64,000 nt of DNA from positions 1,238,850 to 1,302,849 of the forward strand of contig CAWEPI010000008.1 in assembly GCA_963810945.1 (NCBI GenBank). Direction: 5' to 3'. Positions 32,422-42,479 of the stretch are shown here, piece after piece. How positions within the stretch are numbered: position 1 is the first letter of the stretch; every line of letters starts with the position of its first letter. The translations under genes and the position numbers were made by a program. Under the pieces are notes generated by a model. That model did not search any database. It saw only the letters and a list, made by a program, of their open reading frames with translations, and was not told the DNA's origin. Origin of the DNA: an uncultured Actinomycetes bacterium (lineage in GTDB: Bacteria; Actinomycetota; UBA4738; HRBIN12).

Positions 32422-32723
32422 GACGCTGCCGTGGCCGCATCGGGGGGCGCTTGAGCCGGCCCGACCACCCCGGCTTGGAGCAGATCCTCCTTCACGACCT
32501 TGACGAACCGCGGAGGTGCCTCCAGGGCGGTGGCCGGTTCCTTGGCGTGGCCGGCGTACGAGTGCTGAGCGAACACCATCGCTGCGCCGAACGTCACGGC
32601 GCCGAGGGTGGCCAGACACGTCTTGGCAGCCACGGCTCGACGACGTGCCGAGCGCAGCTCGGCTGTGCGCTCGGCAGATGCCGCGCGGCGGTTCGCACCC
32701 CGGGCGTTCCTCGAGTTGGCCAC
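32418..32723 (-). CDS. small single-TM protein translationally coupled to apbE
   Basis: 101-aa ORF. Its stop overlaps the apbE GTG. One hydrophobic helix (LATLGAVTFGAAMVF). Confidence 0.35.
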   Translation of the reverse strand: MANSRNARGANRRAASAERTAELRSARRRAVAAKTCLATLGAVTFGAAMVFAQHSYAGHAKEPATALEAPPRFVKVVKEDLLQAGVVGPAQAPPDAATAAS

Positions 32724-33062
32724 GCGCGATCAGCTCCCCGCGACGAACCACGGCTACAGACTTCGATTGTCTCGCCACCATCCGGGATCCGAGGGGTGAG
32801 TTGGTTAGGGAACGCTATGGATTTCGGACCCACCACACTGCAACGGGTCCCGCGTCCAGAGTCAGCCTCGCCTCCGGCGACCGGGCCGTTGCTGAACCGG
32901 CTGGCGAAATCCCGGTGTCCAGGTACGTGTCGAAGGCACCGGGATCCACCGAGGAGCGGACCGAGCCACGAACCGGTCGAACGCCTGCCGTGCATCGATG
33001 ACGAGCTCTGGTCCCGGACCTCTGGCAGGATAGGGGCTCCCTTCTGGTGAGGAAGCAGGACG

Positions 33063-33878
33063 ATGACCTCGATCTTCGTGGTCACGGGCGCGACGGGGGC
33101 CATCGGCGGCGCCACGGCGACCGCGTTGGCCGAGGGCGGCGCGCGCCTGATCCTCCTCTGCCGTGACCCCGACCGCGGGAGGGCGGCCGCCGACGGCCTC
33201 GGAGGAAGTGGGCAAGCCGAGGTGGTCGTAGGGGATCTGTCTTCGCTTTCGTCCGTCCGCCACGCGGTGGAGGACATCCGGGGTCGAACGGACCGGCTCA
33301 CGGGCCTCGTCAACGATGCCTCCGTCTTCGTCCGTGAGCGGAGGGTCACCGCGGAGGGCTTCGAGCTGATGTTCGCCACCAACCACCTCGGGCCGTTCCT
33401 GCTCACGAACCTGCTGCTTCCGCTCCTCCGGACGGGGGTGCCCTCGCGGATCGTCACCGTGACGGCTCCCTCGACGTCGAAGGTGCACCTCGACGATCTG
33501 CAGAGCGAGCGCGCGTTCAGCGCGACCCGAGCCTTCGGCGCGACGAAGGCGGAGAACGTGCTCTTCACGTTCGCGCTCGCACGTCGGCTCGGCGACGGCG
33601 TCACCGCGAACGCGGTCCATCCCGGACTCGTCCGTTCGGGGCTGACGCACGAGATGCCGGCGCTCATCCGGGTGGCGCATCGGCTGACGGCGCGCGACCC
33701 TGGTCGGGCCGGCCCGTCGATCGCCCGACTGGTCTCCGGCGAGACCGACCCTGATTCGACGGGACGCTTCTTCAAGCTGGACCGAGAGGCGAAGCCACCC
33801 AAGGGCACCACCGACGAGGTGCTCCAGGAAGGGCTGTGGGAAGCGAGTGCGAAGCTCGCAGGGCTCGACGGGGCCTGA
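33063..33878 (+). CDS. SDR-family oxidoreductase
   Basis: TGATGAIG cofactor motif and YxxxK-like catalytic region. 271 aa, intact. Confidence 0.85.
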   Translation: MTSIFVVTGATGAIGGATATALAEGGARLILLCRDPDRGRAAADGLGGSGQAEVVVGDLSSLSSVRHAVEDIRGRTDRLTGLVNDASVFVRERRVTAEGFELMFATNHLGPFLLTNLLLPLLRTGVPSRIVTVTAPSTSKVHLDDLQSERAFSATRAFGATKAENVLFTFALARRLGDGVTANAVHPGLVRSGLTHEMPALIRVAHRLTARDPGRAGPSIARLVSGETDPDSTGRFFKLDREAKPPKGTTDEVLQEGLWEASAKLAGLDGA

Positions 33879-33915
33879 GCGAACGTACCTTGCCGTCGCG
33901 ACGTACGATGTGGCG

Positions 33916-34350
33916 ATGGCGGGGATGGTCCTGTCCGATGCGGCTCGTGAGCTCCTCGAGAGCGACGCGGTCGCGCATGTGATCACGATCGACGAGGACG
34001 GGGGGCCGCAGGTCACCGCCGCCTGGGTCGGTCTCGAGGGAGATGAGATCGTCATCGCGACGCTGCCCGATCAGCGCAAGCTCAAGAACCTCCGCCGTGA
34101 CCCGCGGATCGCGCTGTCGGTGCCGTCCACCAGGCGGAACGACTGGGGCCTGCTCGAGTACCTCGTCGTGTACGGCAGGGCCCGCGTCACGGAGGGTGGT
34201 GCTCCTGAGCTCCTGCAGCGACTCGCGCACACGTACCTCGGCCCCGACGTGGTGTTCCCGAACATGCCCGATCCACCGCAGGGGTTCGTCACGAGGATCA
34301 CGCCCGAGCGCCTCGGCGGCGTCGGGCCGTGGAACCCGCCGCCTCCCTGA
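33916..34350 (+). CDS. PPOX-class F420-dependent oxidoreductase
   Basis: Split-barrel family signature (AHVITIDEDGGPQVTAAWV...). Start uncertain. Confidence 0.65.
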   Translation: MAGMVLSDAARELLESDAVAHVITIDEDGGPQVTAAWVGLEGDEIVIATLPDQRKLKNLRRDPRIALSVPSTRRNDWGLLEYLVVYGRARVTEGGAPELLQRLAHTYLGPDVVFPNMPDPPQGFVTRITPERLGGVGPWNPPPP

Positions 34351-34385
34351 GCGCGCTGCGGGTCCGTCTTCGTTAGCATCGCGCG

Positions 34386-34722
34386 GTGGCCTACGACGAG
34401 GATCTCGCCGAGCGGATCCGTGAACTCATCGCCGGGGAAGCCGGCGTGACCGAGAAGAGGATGTTCGGCGGCCTCGCGTTCCTGGTCGGCGGCAACATGG
34501 CGATCGCGGCGAGTGGCCAGGGCGGGATCCTCGTGCGGATCGATCCCGGCGACATCCGACAGGCTCGTCGCCACCACGAAGGCGCAGGTCGCGGTCATGC
34601 GCGGCCGGCCGATGGCGGGATGGCTCCGCGTGGACGCGGATCACCTTCGCGAGCGACGTCAGCTCGCCAGGTGGGTCGAGCGCGGCACGACGTACGCCCG
34701 CTCGCTCCCACCCAAGCGTTGA
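34386..34722 (+). CDS. TfoX/Sxy N-terminal-domain family protein; one frameshift
   Basis: MAYDEDLAERIRELIAGEAGVTEKRMFGGLAFLVGGNMAIA...ILVRIDP is in one frame. ...TSDRLVATTKAQVAVMRGRPMAGWLRVD...ARSLPPKR* is in the next. Indel near 34553. Confidence 0.6.
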
Positions 34723-34856
34723 TCCCCGAACGGCTCTGAGCGCCGGCGACGATAGTGGATATCATGCATGTGCTGTAGGTGGGATGGCGGAGTCTCGCCG
34801 AATCGGCTACCGTGGCGAGTCCGAGAGGTCAGTCGAACTGGGAGTGGAGGATCGCC

Positions 34857-35672
34857 GTGACCCGGAAGCGCACGCTCAGCGGACTCGTCGTCGTGGCTCT
34901 CGCGGCAGGTGTGGTGGCGACCGCACCGGCCCTGGCCATCACGGGCGGAGGTCCCGATACCACGCACACGAACGTCGGCGTCGTGCGTTTCACGACCGCC
35001 GCGGGGAGGTTCCGTTGTTCCGGCACGTTGATCGCACAGACCGTCGTGCTGACCGCGGGGCACTGCACCGAGGGCCCCGCGACCGATGTGTACGTGTCGT
35101 TCGACGACGCGCTCCCACTCGACCCACTGCAGCCGGGGATCTCCGACGCTGAGAAGGCGGCCCGCGCGGCCCACTACATCACCGGCACCGCCCATCCCGA
35201 TCCGTCGTGGGATGGCAAGCTCAGCTTCTCGAAGCAGCACGACCAAGGAGTCGTCGTCCTGGACGCTGCGGCGTCGACGAAGTGGAACGGCATCGTTCCG
35301 GCTCCGCTGCCCCCTATCGGATACCTGGATCGCAACCAGGGTCAGCTCAAGAACGCGATCTTCACGCTGGTGGGCTACGGGGTCGATATCGGCGACAAGA
35401 AATCCCAGGTCGTCCTGCCGGCGCGGAACTCGACCACCTCGTACCTGAAGAACGTCCAGGACGAGGTCGTGGCCTTCCAGATCAACGACAACGACGCGAA
35501 GGCCGGCGGCGGATCGTGCTTCGGAGACTCCGGAGGCGCCGTCTTCCTCGACGGGTACGTGCTCGGCGACGCCTCGTACGTCAACTCGCTGACGTGCAAC
35601 GCCACCGGGACGTACCAACGGGACGACACGGCCTACTCGCGAGCCTTCCTCGACCGCTGGCTCACGCCGTAG
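34857..35672 (+). CDS. secreted trypsin-like serine protease (S1 family)
   Basis: GTG start after a ggagg SD. Signal peptide. Catalytic motifs TAGHC and GDSGG. Confidence 0.8.
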   Translation: MTRKRTLSGLVVVALAAGVVATAPALAITGGGPDTTHTNVGVVRFTTAAGRFRCSGTLIAQTVVLTAGHCTEGPATDVYVSFDDALPLDPLQPGISDAEKAARAAHYITGTAHPDPSWDGKLSFSKQHDQGVVVLDAAASTKWNGIVPAPLPPIGYLDRNQGQLKNAIFTLVGYGVDIGDKKSQVVLPARNSTTSYLKNVQDEVVAFQINDNDAKAGGGSCFGDSGGAVFLDGYVLGDASYVNSLTCNATGTYQRDDTAYSRAFLDRWLTP

Positions 35673-35710
35673 CGAGGACCTTCAGCCGGTCCAACCGAGG
35701 GCCCCGCCGT

Positions 35711-36403
35711 TCAGTGGCCGGGACCGTGGTTCCCGCTGTGGCCGTGCGTGGCGCTCGACCCGTGCCCGGCGGCATCGTGCGCGGCCGCGATCGCCGCTTT
35801 GTGCGCGTCGTGCGCGGCCTCGCGGGCCGCCTTCGCTGCATCCCGTTGGGCCGCCGCCGCCGCGTGCTCCGCATCGTGGGCGGCCTTGCGATCGCGATTC
35901 GCGACGAGGTGTTCGAGGGCGTTCACGAGTCCCGGCGCCTGCGGATCCTTGAGGCAGTTGGCGAGCACGTGCGCGATCGCGTTGTCGAGGCCCGCGACCG
36001 GCTCGGGACTCTCCGTGATCGGTGGGGCCGAAGGGTCGATCCCTGCGGCCGTGTTGCAGGCCGTCGTCCGATCGGTCGTCGTCGGCGCGTCCGACGGCGC
36101 CGGGTCCCGGGTCTCGGCATCGGTCCCGCTTGCCTCTGGACGAGGCGTCTCGGTGGCGTCGTCACAGTTCTCATCTGACGGCGAGGGGACGTCCGACGGC
36201 GAGACGGAGACGGACGACCCGCTGGATGGCTCGTCGGTCGTGGGTGCGGTCTGATCGAGCGACGGATCGGCGGTCGACGTGACGCTGCAGCTCGGTTCGG
36301 GGTGCCCGTGGGAACCGGTGGCGGCCAACGCGGCCCCTCCTCCGAAGACCACGATCAAGGCGGCGACGCTGGCGAGTAGGCGGAGGCGCGGCGATGTCGA
36401 CAT
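35711..36403 (-). CDS. secreted Ser/Thr/Pro/Asp-rich protein with His-rich helical C-terminus
   Basis: Signal peptide MSTSPRLRLLASVAALIVVFGGGAALAATG. Low-complexity linker. C-terminal HDAEHAAAAAQRDAAKAAREAAHDAHKAAIAAAHDAAGHGSSATHGHSGNHGPGH. Confidence 0.45.
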   Translation of the reverse strand: MSTSPRLRLLASVAALIVVFGGGAALAATGSHGHPEPSCSVTSTADPSLDQTAPTTDEPSSGSSVSVSPSDVPSPSDENCDDATETPRPEASGTDAETRDPAPSDAPTTTDRTTACNTAAGIDPSAPPITESPEPVAGLDNAIAHVLANCLKDPQAPGLVNALEHLVANRDRKAAHDAEHAAAAAQRDAAKAAREAAHDAHKAAIAAAHDAAGHGSSATHGHSGNHGPGH

Positions 36404-36631
36404 GGCCGCAGTATCGGCAGATGAGGGGGTGACTCTTGAAGGACGAAGCCCCATCGACGGCCGATCTCGATCGCTCGCTCGGAGGTAGGCGAGCTGGAAG
36501 GCCCCGGGCCGGTTGACCGGCGGCGTACCAGCGCGTACGTTCCCTCCGCCGACGGACCGGATGGAGAGGGAGCGAGCGGATGACGGCGCACGCTCGGGCG
36601 CACCGGGGTTCGGATCCGGGCCACCGGCCTG

Positions 36632-37387
36632 ATGAGGCAGCTCCTCACCGGTGCCGTCGCGCTGACGTTCCTCACGTTCGGGCTCACGCTCGCCTCGCCG
36701 GTGGCGCATGCCGCTGCGCCCACGGTGGTGACGATCGGGTTCGACGATGGGTATGCGCACCAGTACCAGGCGATGGCGATCCTCGATGCGTACGGTCTGC
36801 ACGCGACCTACTTCATCAACAGCGGCTACGTCGAGACGGATGGGCGGCTCACGTGGGATCAGATCCGCGCTCTCGAGGCGGGCGGCGAGGAGATCGGGGG
36901 CCACACGATCCTGCACACGAACGTGAAGAAGCTGAAGCTCGGTCCGGCCACGCACGCGGTCTGTGACGACCGCAGCGCGATCGCCGCGGAGATCACGAAC
37001 GCGCCCGTGTCATTCGCGTACCCCTTCGGGTCGTACAACGACCGAGCCGAGGGCGTCGTCGGGAGCTGCGGGTACACGAGCGGCCGCACGGTGAGCGGTG
37101 TGACCGACCGCAAGGTGTTCGGCGAGACGATCCCGCCGCTCGACCCCTTCGCGACGCGGACGCCGCCCAACCCGAAGCAGGGCACCACGCTCGCCACGAT
37201 CGAGGGCTACGTCACCGCGGCTGAGGACCACGGTGGCGGCTGGGTCCAACTGGTCTTCCACCACGTGTGCGACCAGTGCGATGCCTACTCGATCACCGCG
37301 GCGAACCTCGACGCATTCGCAGCGTGGCTCGCTGCACGTCCCTCCACCGTCGTGTTGACCACCGCTCAGGCGATGGCGTCGGCATAG
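36632..37387 (+). CDS. secreted polysaccharide deacetylase (NodB-homology domain)
   Basis: Signal peptide. TIGFDDGY and conserved His motifs (GGHTILH). Confidence 0.8.
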   Translation: MRQLLTGAVALTFLTFGLTLASPVAHAAAPTVVTIGFDDGYAHQYQAMAILDAYGLHATYFINSGYVETDGRLTWDQIRALEAGGEEIGGHTILHTNVKKLKLGPATHAVCDDRSAIAAEITNAPVSFAYPFGSYNDRAEGVVGSCGYTSGRTVSGVTDRKVFGETIPPLDPFATRTPPNPKQGTTLATIEGYVTAAEDHGGGWVQLVFHHVCDQCDAYSITAANLDAFAAWLAARPSTVVLTTAQAMASA

Positions 37388-37406
37388 GTGGGCGCCAACC
37401 CGTTCG

Positions 37407-38066
37407 TCAGCTCACGTGCAGCACCCAGTCGACGTTGAACGGCGTCCCTCCCACGAAGTTCGCATGGATGCGGAACACGTGGTCGCCCTCCTCGAGCGGA
37501 CGCAGCATGTAGAGGAAGCCCTTCGACACTGACTTTGTCGTGCCGCCCGGCGCACCCCAGATGTTGTCGTCAGGGAACCGGATCATCTCCCCGGGCGAGG
37601 TGAACGTCCACGCGCGTGGATGCAGCAGCTTCTTCCCGTCGATCCGGACGGTGAACAGGAACGCGCTCCGGCCGAGGTCATGGGCGAAGTTGTCGCGTGC
37701 GCACGAACGCAGTTCGGCCCACGTGTCGCCGAGACCCTCGAGCGTCGAGCACTCCCAGAACGGTCCCCCAACGAGGAGCGGGTGACCCTCGGGCACGTTG
37801 CAGTCGGACCCGAACGCACCGAGGTACACGACGCCGTTGCGGAGCTGGCAGTTCAGCGGACTGGACGGGTCGGCATACGGGTTGTCGGGCGCCGGGATCT
37901 CGTTCAACCAGGTCGAGTAGTCGCCCAGCCACTGGTCATACGTCATGCCGCGCGGTGACGCGTGCGGCGGGAACACCCGCCCCTGGGCCGAACCGTCGGC
38001 GAGTGCCTGACCTGTGCTCATCAGGCACACGGCCAGGACGGCGGCAACTGCGAGGGATCTCCTCAT
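37407..38066 (-). CDS. secreted hypothetical protein
   Basis: Signal peptide MRRSLAVAAVLAVCLMSTGQALA. A 3' fragment of this gene is duplicated at 49987..50105. Confidence 0.5.
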   Translation of the reverse strand: MRRSLAVAAVLAVCLMSTGQALADGSAQGRVFPPHASPRGMTYDQWLGDYSTWLNEIPAPDNPYADPSSPLNCQLRNGVVYLGAFGSDCNVPEGHPLLVGGPFWECSTLEGLGDTWAELRSCARDNFAHDLGRSAFLFTVRIDGKKLLHPRAWTFTSPGEMIRFPDDNIWGAPGGTTKSVSKGFLYMLRPLEEGDHVFRIHANFVGGTPFNVDWVLHVS

Positions 38067-38180
38067 CGTCTTCCCCTCCCTCGCGGGCACGTGGTCCACC
38101 GTATGCCTGTTGCGCCGAAGGGGCCACTCGAGCCAGGCCGACAGGCGGGGCGACACCTCGCTTGAGGCGATAATGCGCGG

Positions 38181-38930
38181 GTGGCCGCATCGAAGCCCGA
38201 TCGCGTTTCGCTGCTCCTCGGGACCTATCTCTTCGAGGACCTCTCGCCCGCCGAGATCGAGCCTCTCGCGCGGAGCGCGACGCTCCGGCGTGCGAGCCGC
38301 GGGGAGTTCCTCCATCACGTCGGGGATCCCGCCGACGAGCTCTACGTGGTCGCCTCCGGTCAACTGAAGGACTCGATCGTGACCGAGGACGGCGACGAAG
38401 TGGTGCACACCTTCTACGGCGCGGGCATGCTCATCGGCGAACCCGGCTACTTCGCCACGGAGCGGAACCGGGTCATGGCGGTCGTCGCCGTGGAGCCGAC
38501 CGAGGTCCTCGTGTTGCCTCGGGAGCGGCTGGAGCCGTTCCTGCTCCGGCATCCGCAGGCGATCCGGCGGGCCCTGGAGGGGCTCGCGTTCGTCGCCCGC
38601 GGGCAGACGCGGATGATCGCGGCGCTCTCGCGTCGGCCGCTCAAGGAGCGGCTGCTGCTGCGCCTCGTCGAGCTCGCCGATACGAATCCGCAGGGGATGA
38701 ACGCCGGCGCGGGTGTCACCCCGAAGATCTCCCAGGCGACGCTGGCCGCCATGGTCGGGGTGTCTCGAGAGAACGTGAATCGGGCGTTGTCCGCGCTCGC
38801 CGCCGACGGCACCATCCGCATCGAGGCCGGTGGTTACGTGCTGCCCGAGCTCGAACGCCTGCGCGAGGAGATCTCGGACGGCCTCCCCGTCCTCGACGCT
38901 CGGAACCGCCGGCTCGATCCGGACCTGTGA
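38181..38930 (+). CDS. Crp/Fnr-family transcriptional regulator
   Basis: cNMP-binding-like N-terminal domain and a C-terminal HTH (ATLAAMVGVSRENVNRALSAL). Confidence 0.8.
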   Translation: MAASKPDRVSLLLGTYLFEDLSPAEIEPLARSATLRRASRGEFLHHVGDPADELYVVASGQLKDSIVTEDGDEVVHTFYGAGMLIGEPGYFATERNRVMAVVAVEPTEVLVLPRERLEPFLLRHPQAIRRALEGLAFVARGQTRMIAALSRRPLKERLLLRLVELADTNPQGMNAGAGVTPKISQATLAAMVGVSRENVNRALSALAADGTIRIEAGGYVLPELERLREEISDGLPVLDARNRRLDPDL

Positions 38931-38999
38931 CGCGCCGACATAGCCCGCCGGGGAGATCCGGGCGATGATGCGCGCGTTCATCTCGTGAGGAGGAGTCCG

Positions 39000-40385
39000 A
39001 TGGCGAGGACCGGCGGTGCGTTGGAAGTGTTCCGGACGAGGTTCGCAGGCGATGTGATCATGCCCGGAGACGAGACGTACGACGACGTCCGGGCGCTCTG
39101 GAACGGCGCGTTCGACAAACGACCCGCCGTGATCGCACGGTGTCGGACGACCGACGACATCGTGGAGGTCGTTCGCTTCGCCCGCGAGAGCGGGCTCCCG
39201 TTGGCCGTTCGCGGCGGGGGGCACAGCCTCGCCGGACTCAGCGCGTGCGACGACGGCGTGATGCTGGACCTCTCGCTGATGCGCGACGTCGTGGTGGATC
39301 CCGAGACGCGCACGGCCACCGCCCAGCCCGGGGCCACCTGGGCGGACTTCGACGCCGCCACGCAGGCGCACGGTCTCGCGAGCACCGGCGGTCTGATCTC
39401 CCATACGGGCGTCGCGGGGCTCACCCTCGGCGGCGGGATCGGCTGGTTGATGCGCAAGCACGGCCTGGCGGCGGACAACCTGTCCGCGGCCGAGGTCGTG
39501 ACCGCCGACGGATCGATCGTGCGAGCCAGCGGCTCCGACGAACCGGAGCTGCTGTGGGGCTTGCGAGGAGGAGGCGGGAACTTCGGCGTGGTGTCGAGCT
39601 TCGAGTTCCGTCTGCATCCCGTCGGCCCGATGGTGGTGGGCGGACTCATGGCCTTCCCGCTCGATCGTGGACGCGCGGTGCTCCAGGCCTATCGTGCGTG
39701 GGCGGCGGAGCTCCCGGACGAGTTCACGACGATGGCGGCGGTGATCACGGCGCCGCCGGCGCCGTTCGTGCCCTCCGAGCTGGTCGGCACGCGGCTCGTC
39801 GGGATCCCCGGCAGCTGGTGCGGCGACGTGGAAGCCGGGCTGGCGGCGCTGGCCCCGATGCGGGAGCTGAAGCCCGCCATCGACGTCTTCGGGCCGATGC
39901 CGTACACCGCATTGCAGGGCATGCTCGACGAGGGGGCACCCCCCGGGATCCACGCGTACACCAGATCCGGGTACGCGGCCGACCTGAGCGACGGTCTGAT
40001 CGACGCCGTGATCGAGCACGGGGCGGCGATGACGTCGCCCTTCTCGCAGATCCACTTCCACCAGATGGGAGGGGCGGTTGCGCGGGTCGGTGAGGACGAC
40101 ACGGCCTTCGGCAACCGACGGGCGGCCTTCGCCTACTCGATCAACGCGATGTGGATGGAACCGGGTGAGGACGATCGGCACGAGGCCGCGAACCGAGAGG
40201 CCTTCGAAGCGTTCGCCCCGTATTCGACCGGCGGCGTCTACGTGAACTTCCTCGGCAACGAGGGCGGCGCACGCGTCCGTGCCGCGTACTCCGAGGCGAA
40301 GTTCGAGCGTCTCGCGAGGCTCAAGCGGACGTACGATCCGCAGAACCTCTTCCGACTCAACCAGAACATCGAGCCTGCGGCGTAG
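39000..40385 (+). CDS. FAD-binding oxidoreductase (FAD-linked oxidase / BBE-like)
   Basis: ggaggag SD. FAD-binding PCMH domain (RGGGHSLAG) and a BBE-like C-terminus (YVNFLG...YDPQNLFRLNQNI). Confidence 0.85.
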   Translation: MARTGGALEVFRTRFAGDVIMPGDETYDDVRALWNGAFDKRPAVIARCRTTDDIVEVVRFARESGLPLAVRGGGHSLAGLSACDDGVMLDLSLMRDVVVDPETRTATAQPGATWADFDAATQAHGLASTGGLISHTGVAGLTLGGGIGWLMRKHGLAADNLSAAEVVTADGSIVRASGSDEPELLWGLRGGGGNFGVVSSFEFRLHPVGPMVVGGLMAFPLDRGRAVLQAYRAWAAELPDEFTTMAAVITAPPAPFVPSELVGTRLVGIPGSWCGDVEAGLAALAPMRELKPAIDVFGPMPYTALQGMLDEGAPPGIHAYTRSGYAADLSDGLIDAVIEHGAAMTSPFSQIHFHQMGGAVARVGEDDTAFGNRRAAFAYSINAMWMEPGEDDRHEAANREAFEAFAPYSTGGVYVNFLGNEGGARVRAAYSEAKFERLARLKRTYDPQNLFRLNQNIEPAA

Positions 40386-40692
40386 TCACGTCCGCGTCGC
40401 CCTATCCGATGGTGCACACCTCCCCTGATCGGTCCTGAGGACCTGCGCGACATGAGCGTTGGTGGTACCCCGGCTTGCGCGGGGACGCTCAGAGCGACCG
40501 TGAGAATGATCGGGCGACCGCGGTCCTCTACCGTTTCCTGAACGACCTAGCCCTCAAAGCCAGTGTCTCGACCCCGTTTGTCGGACTGGACCGATGTTTC
40601 ACCCGACGACCTCCCCGCTACCCCCGCGCGACCTATAGCACCGGGCGGGCACTCGCACGACGATGCGTTCCACGAAGAAGCAGGGGGAAGAC

Positions 40693-41184
40693 ATGCGCAG
40701 GATCGTCTTGGTACTCGCTGCCGTGGGGCTCGTCGCGACGATGGCCTCGACGGCATCCGGCAGCCCATCGAAGCACGACGCCGTCACCATCGGAGGACAC
40801 CACCTCGCGTTCGGCACCGGGCCGCAGATCGTCCACGTTGGGGTCTCGGCACACAGCGGTCCGTCCGGCGAGAACGCGCGCGGCTCGATGACGTTCGCGG
40901 TAAAGGGCGAGGGCAGCAAGCCGATCCATGCCCGGGTCACCTGCCTGACGGTCTCCGGGAACGACGCGATCGCGACGGGCGTCATCACGCAGCCGAGGAG
41001 CTCAGCGGGTCAGATCGTCGTGCTCGAGGCCGTCGACAACGGGCACCCGCACTCGTCACCTCCGGATGCCGTCCGGTTCTCTTTCGAGGGGTTCATCGAT
41101 CAGGTCTCCCCGGACTGTTGGGAGCCTCAGCTGCCGCCCGTCGACGTGCTGAGGGGCAACGTCAACGTGCGCGACGCGGCCTGA
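40693..41184 (+). CDS. secreted hypothetical protein
   Basis: aggggga SD. Signal peptide MRRIVLVLAAVGLVATMASTASG. Confidence 0.5.
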   Translation: MRRIVLVLAAVGLVATMASTASGSPSKHDAVTIGGHHLAFGTGPQIVHVGVSAHSGPSGENARGSMTFAVKGEGSKPIHARVTCLTVSGNDAIATGVITQPRSSAGQIVVLEAVDNGHPHSSPPDAVRFSFEGFIDQVSPDCWEPQLPPVDVLRGNVNVRDAA

Positions 41185-41240
41185 GGGACGCCGGCCAGCT
41201 CCAGTAACCCACTCACCATTGCCGGGCGGTTCCCTGCGGG

Positions 41241-42230
41241 TCAAGGCAGAGGCAACCCTCGCGATGCGACGCGCAGACGCCAGAGCGCCGGACCGAACCC
41301 CGGCGGCAGTCCGAACATCTCGCCGATCGAGAAGTTCACACCGAACAGGGTCCGGTGCTCACCCCGGGTGGTGCCGAAGGCCAGGCTAGACGGGAAGTCG
41401 AGTGGATCGCCGTCAGCGATCACGTGGAATCCTCCGGCCGGTGACACGCGGCCGATCGCGCTCGCGAGGTTGAGGGCGATGTACGCGTTCCCGTCCTCAC
41501 TGATCGCGACGCCGTCGGGGTTGTCCCCTGTGGGCAGGGTCGTCACGACATGGATCGGCCCCGCGCTGCCCTCGTCCTTGCGGATCCTGAGGATCGTGCG
41601 CCGTTCCGTGTTCGTCACGGTGAAGACGTGGTCGCGGAAGGCGATGCCGTTGGCGCCGAGGAACAGGCCGAGGCTCCCGTCGCCCTGCAGTGCCGGGTCC
41701 TGGACCCAGATCTTGGCCGGGTGGCCGGGACGGATCTTCCAGATGGCGCCCGTGGAATCGGCGACGTAGAGGTTCCCCCGGTGATCGAGGGCCAGGCCAT
41801 TGGGGATCCCGATCGCCTCCGTGCCCGGAAGCCGGGTCGCATCGCCCGTGCGGTGGTCGAAGCGCCACACGCCGTTCACGCCCGCATCCGCCGACTGCAC
41901 GCACCCGTACACGTCGCCCGAGCGGTTCGCGGCGAGCCCGATCAGGCCGAAGTCCCGGCCCGCGACGATACCGTCCACGTGGCCGAACGGTTCGGGCTGC
42001 GCCGAACCGGCGGGGATCTTCCAGAGATCGCCGAGGGGCGACACGCTCACGAACCTGTTCCCGGCGCGATCGACCGCGACCCCCTCGGTGTTCTGACCTC
42101 GGGACTCGTCGAACGCCACGACGACGTGCACCTTCGGGTTCGCCTGGGCGGCGGTCGGCGGGAACGCTGCGAGCATCGCGGCTGCGACGATCGCTGCGCC
42201 GCCCCGGCGAAGGAACCGGATCACAGACAT
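41241..42230 (-). CDS. secreted SMP-30/gluconolactonase/LRE-family (NHL-like beta-propeller) protein
   Basis: Signal peptide. Repeated blade motifs (NGIAF, NGLALD, DGVAIS). Confidence 0.7.
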   Translation of the reverse strand: MSVIRFLRRGGAAIVAAAMLAAFPPTAAQANPKVHVVVAFDESRGQNTEGVAVDRAGNRFVSVSPLGDLWKIPAGSAQPEPFGHVDGIVAGRDFGLIGLAANRSGDVYGCVQSADAGVNGVWRFDHRTGDATRLPGTEAIGIPNGLALDHRGNLYVADSTGAIWKIRPGHPAKIWVQDPALQGDGSLGLFLGANGIAFRDHVFTVTNTERRTILRIRKDEGSAGPIHVVTTLPTGDNPDGVAISEDGNAYIALNLASAIGRVSPAGGFHVIADGDPLDFPSSLAFGTTRGEHRTLFGVNFSIGEMFGLPPGFGPALWRLRVASRGLPLP

Positions 42231-42295
42231 GACGACCCTCCCTTCGGACCTGGATCGCGTCGGCGGATCGCGCGCGACCCCTCGATCGACCCTAC

Positions 42296-42470
42296 GAAGG
42301 GTCCCCGGCTACGGCAACCCCCGCCGAGCGGATCCGTGAGCTCATCGGGGGGAGGCCGGCGTGAGCGAGAAGAAGATGTTCGGCGCCTCGCGTTCCTGGT
42401 CGGCGCGCAACTGGGTCGAGCGAGGCGCGACGTTCGCCCGCTCGCTCCCTACGAAGCGTTGACGCAGCGA
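42296..42470 (+). pseudogene. degenerate internally deleted copy of the TfoX_N gene (34386..34722)
   Basis: Nucleotide-level similarity to both ends of the TfoX_N gene: ccgagcggatccgtgagctcatcggggg...gtgagcgagaagaagatgttcggcg...tgggtcgagcgaggcgcgacgttcgcccgctcgctccctacgaagcgttga. Confidence 0.5.
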
Positions 42471-42479
42471 TCAGCTGTC

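Noticed and set aside
32594-34055. Long ORFs antisense to the SDR gene
   Set aside because: Low-complexity Arg/Pro/Gly-rich translation opposite a well-conserved SDR. Typical antisense artefact.
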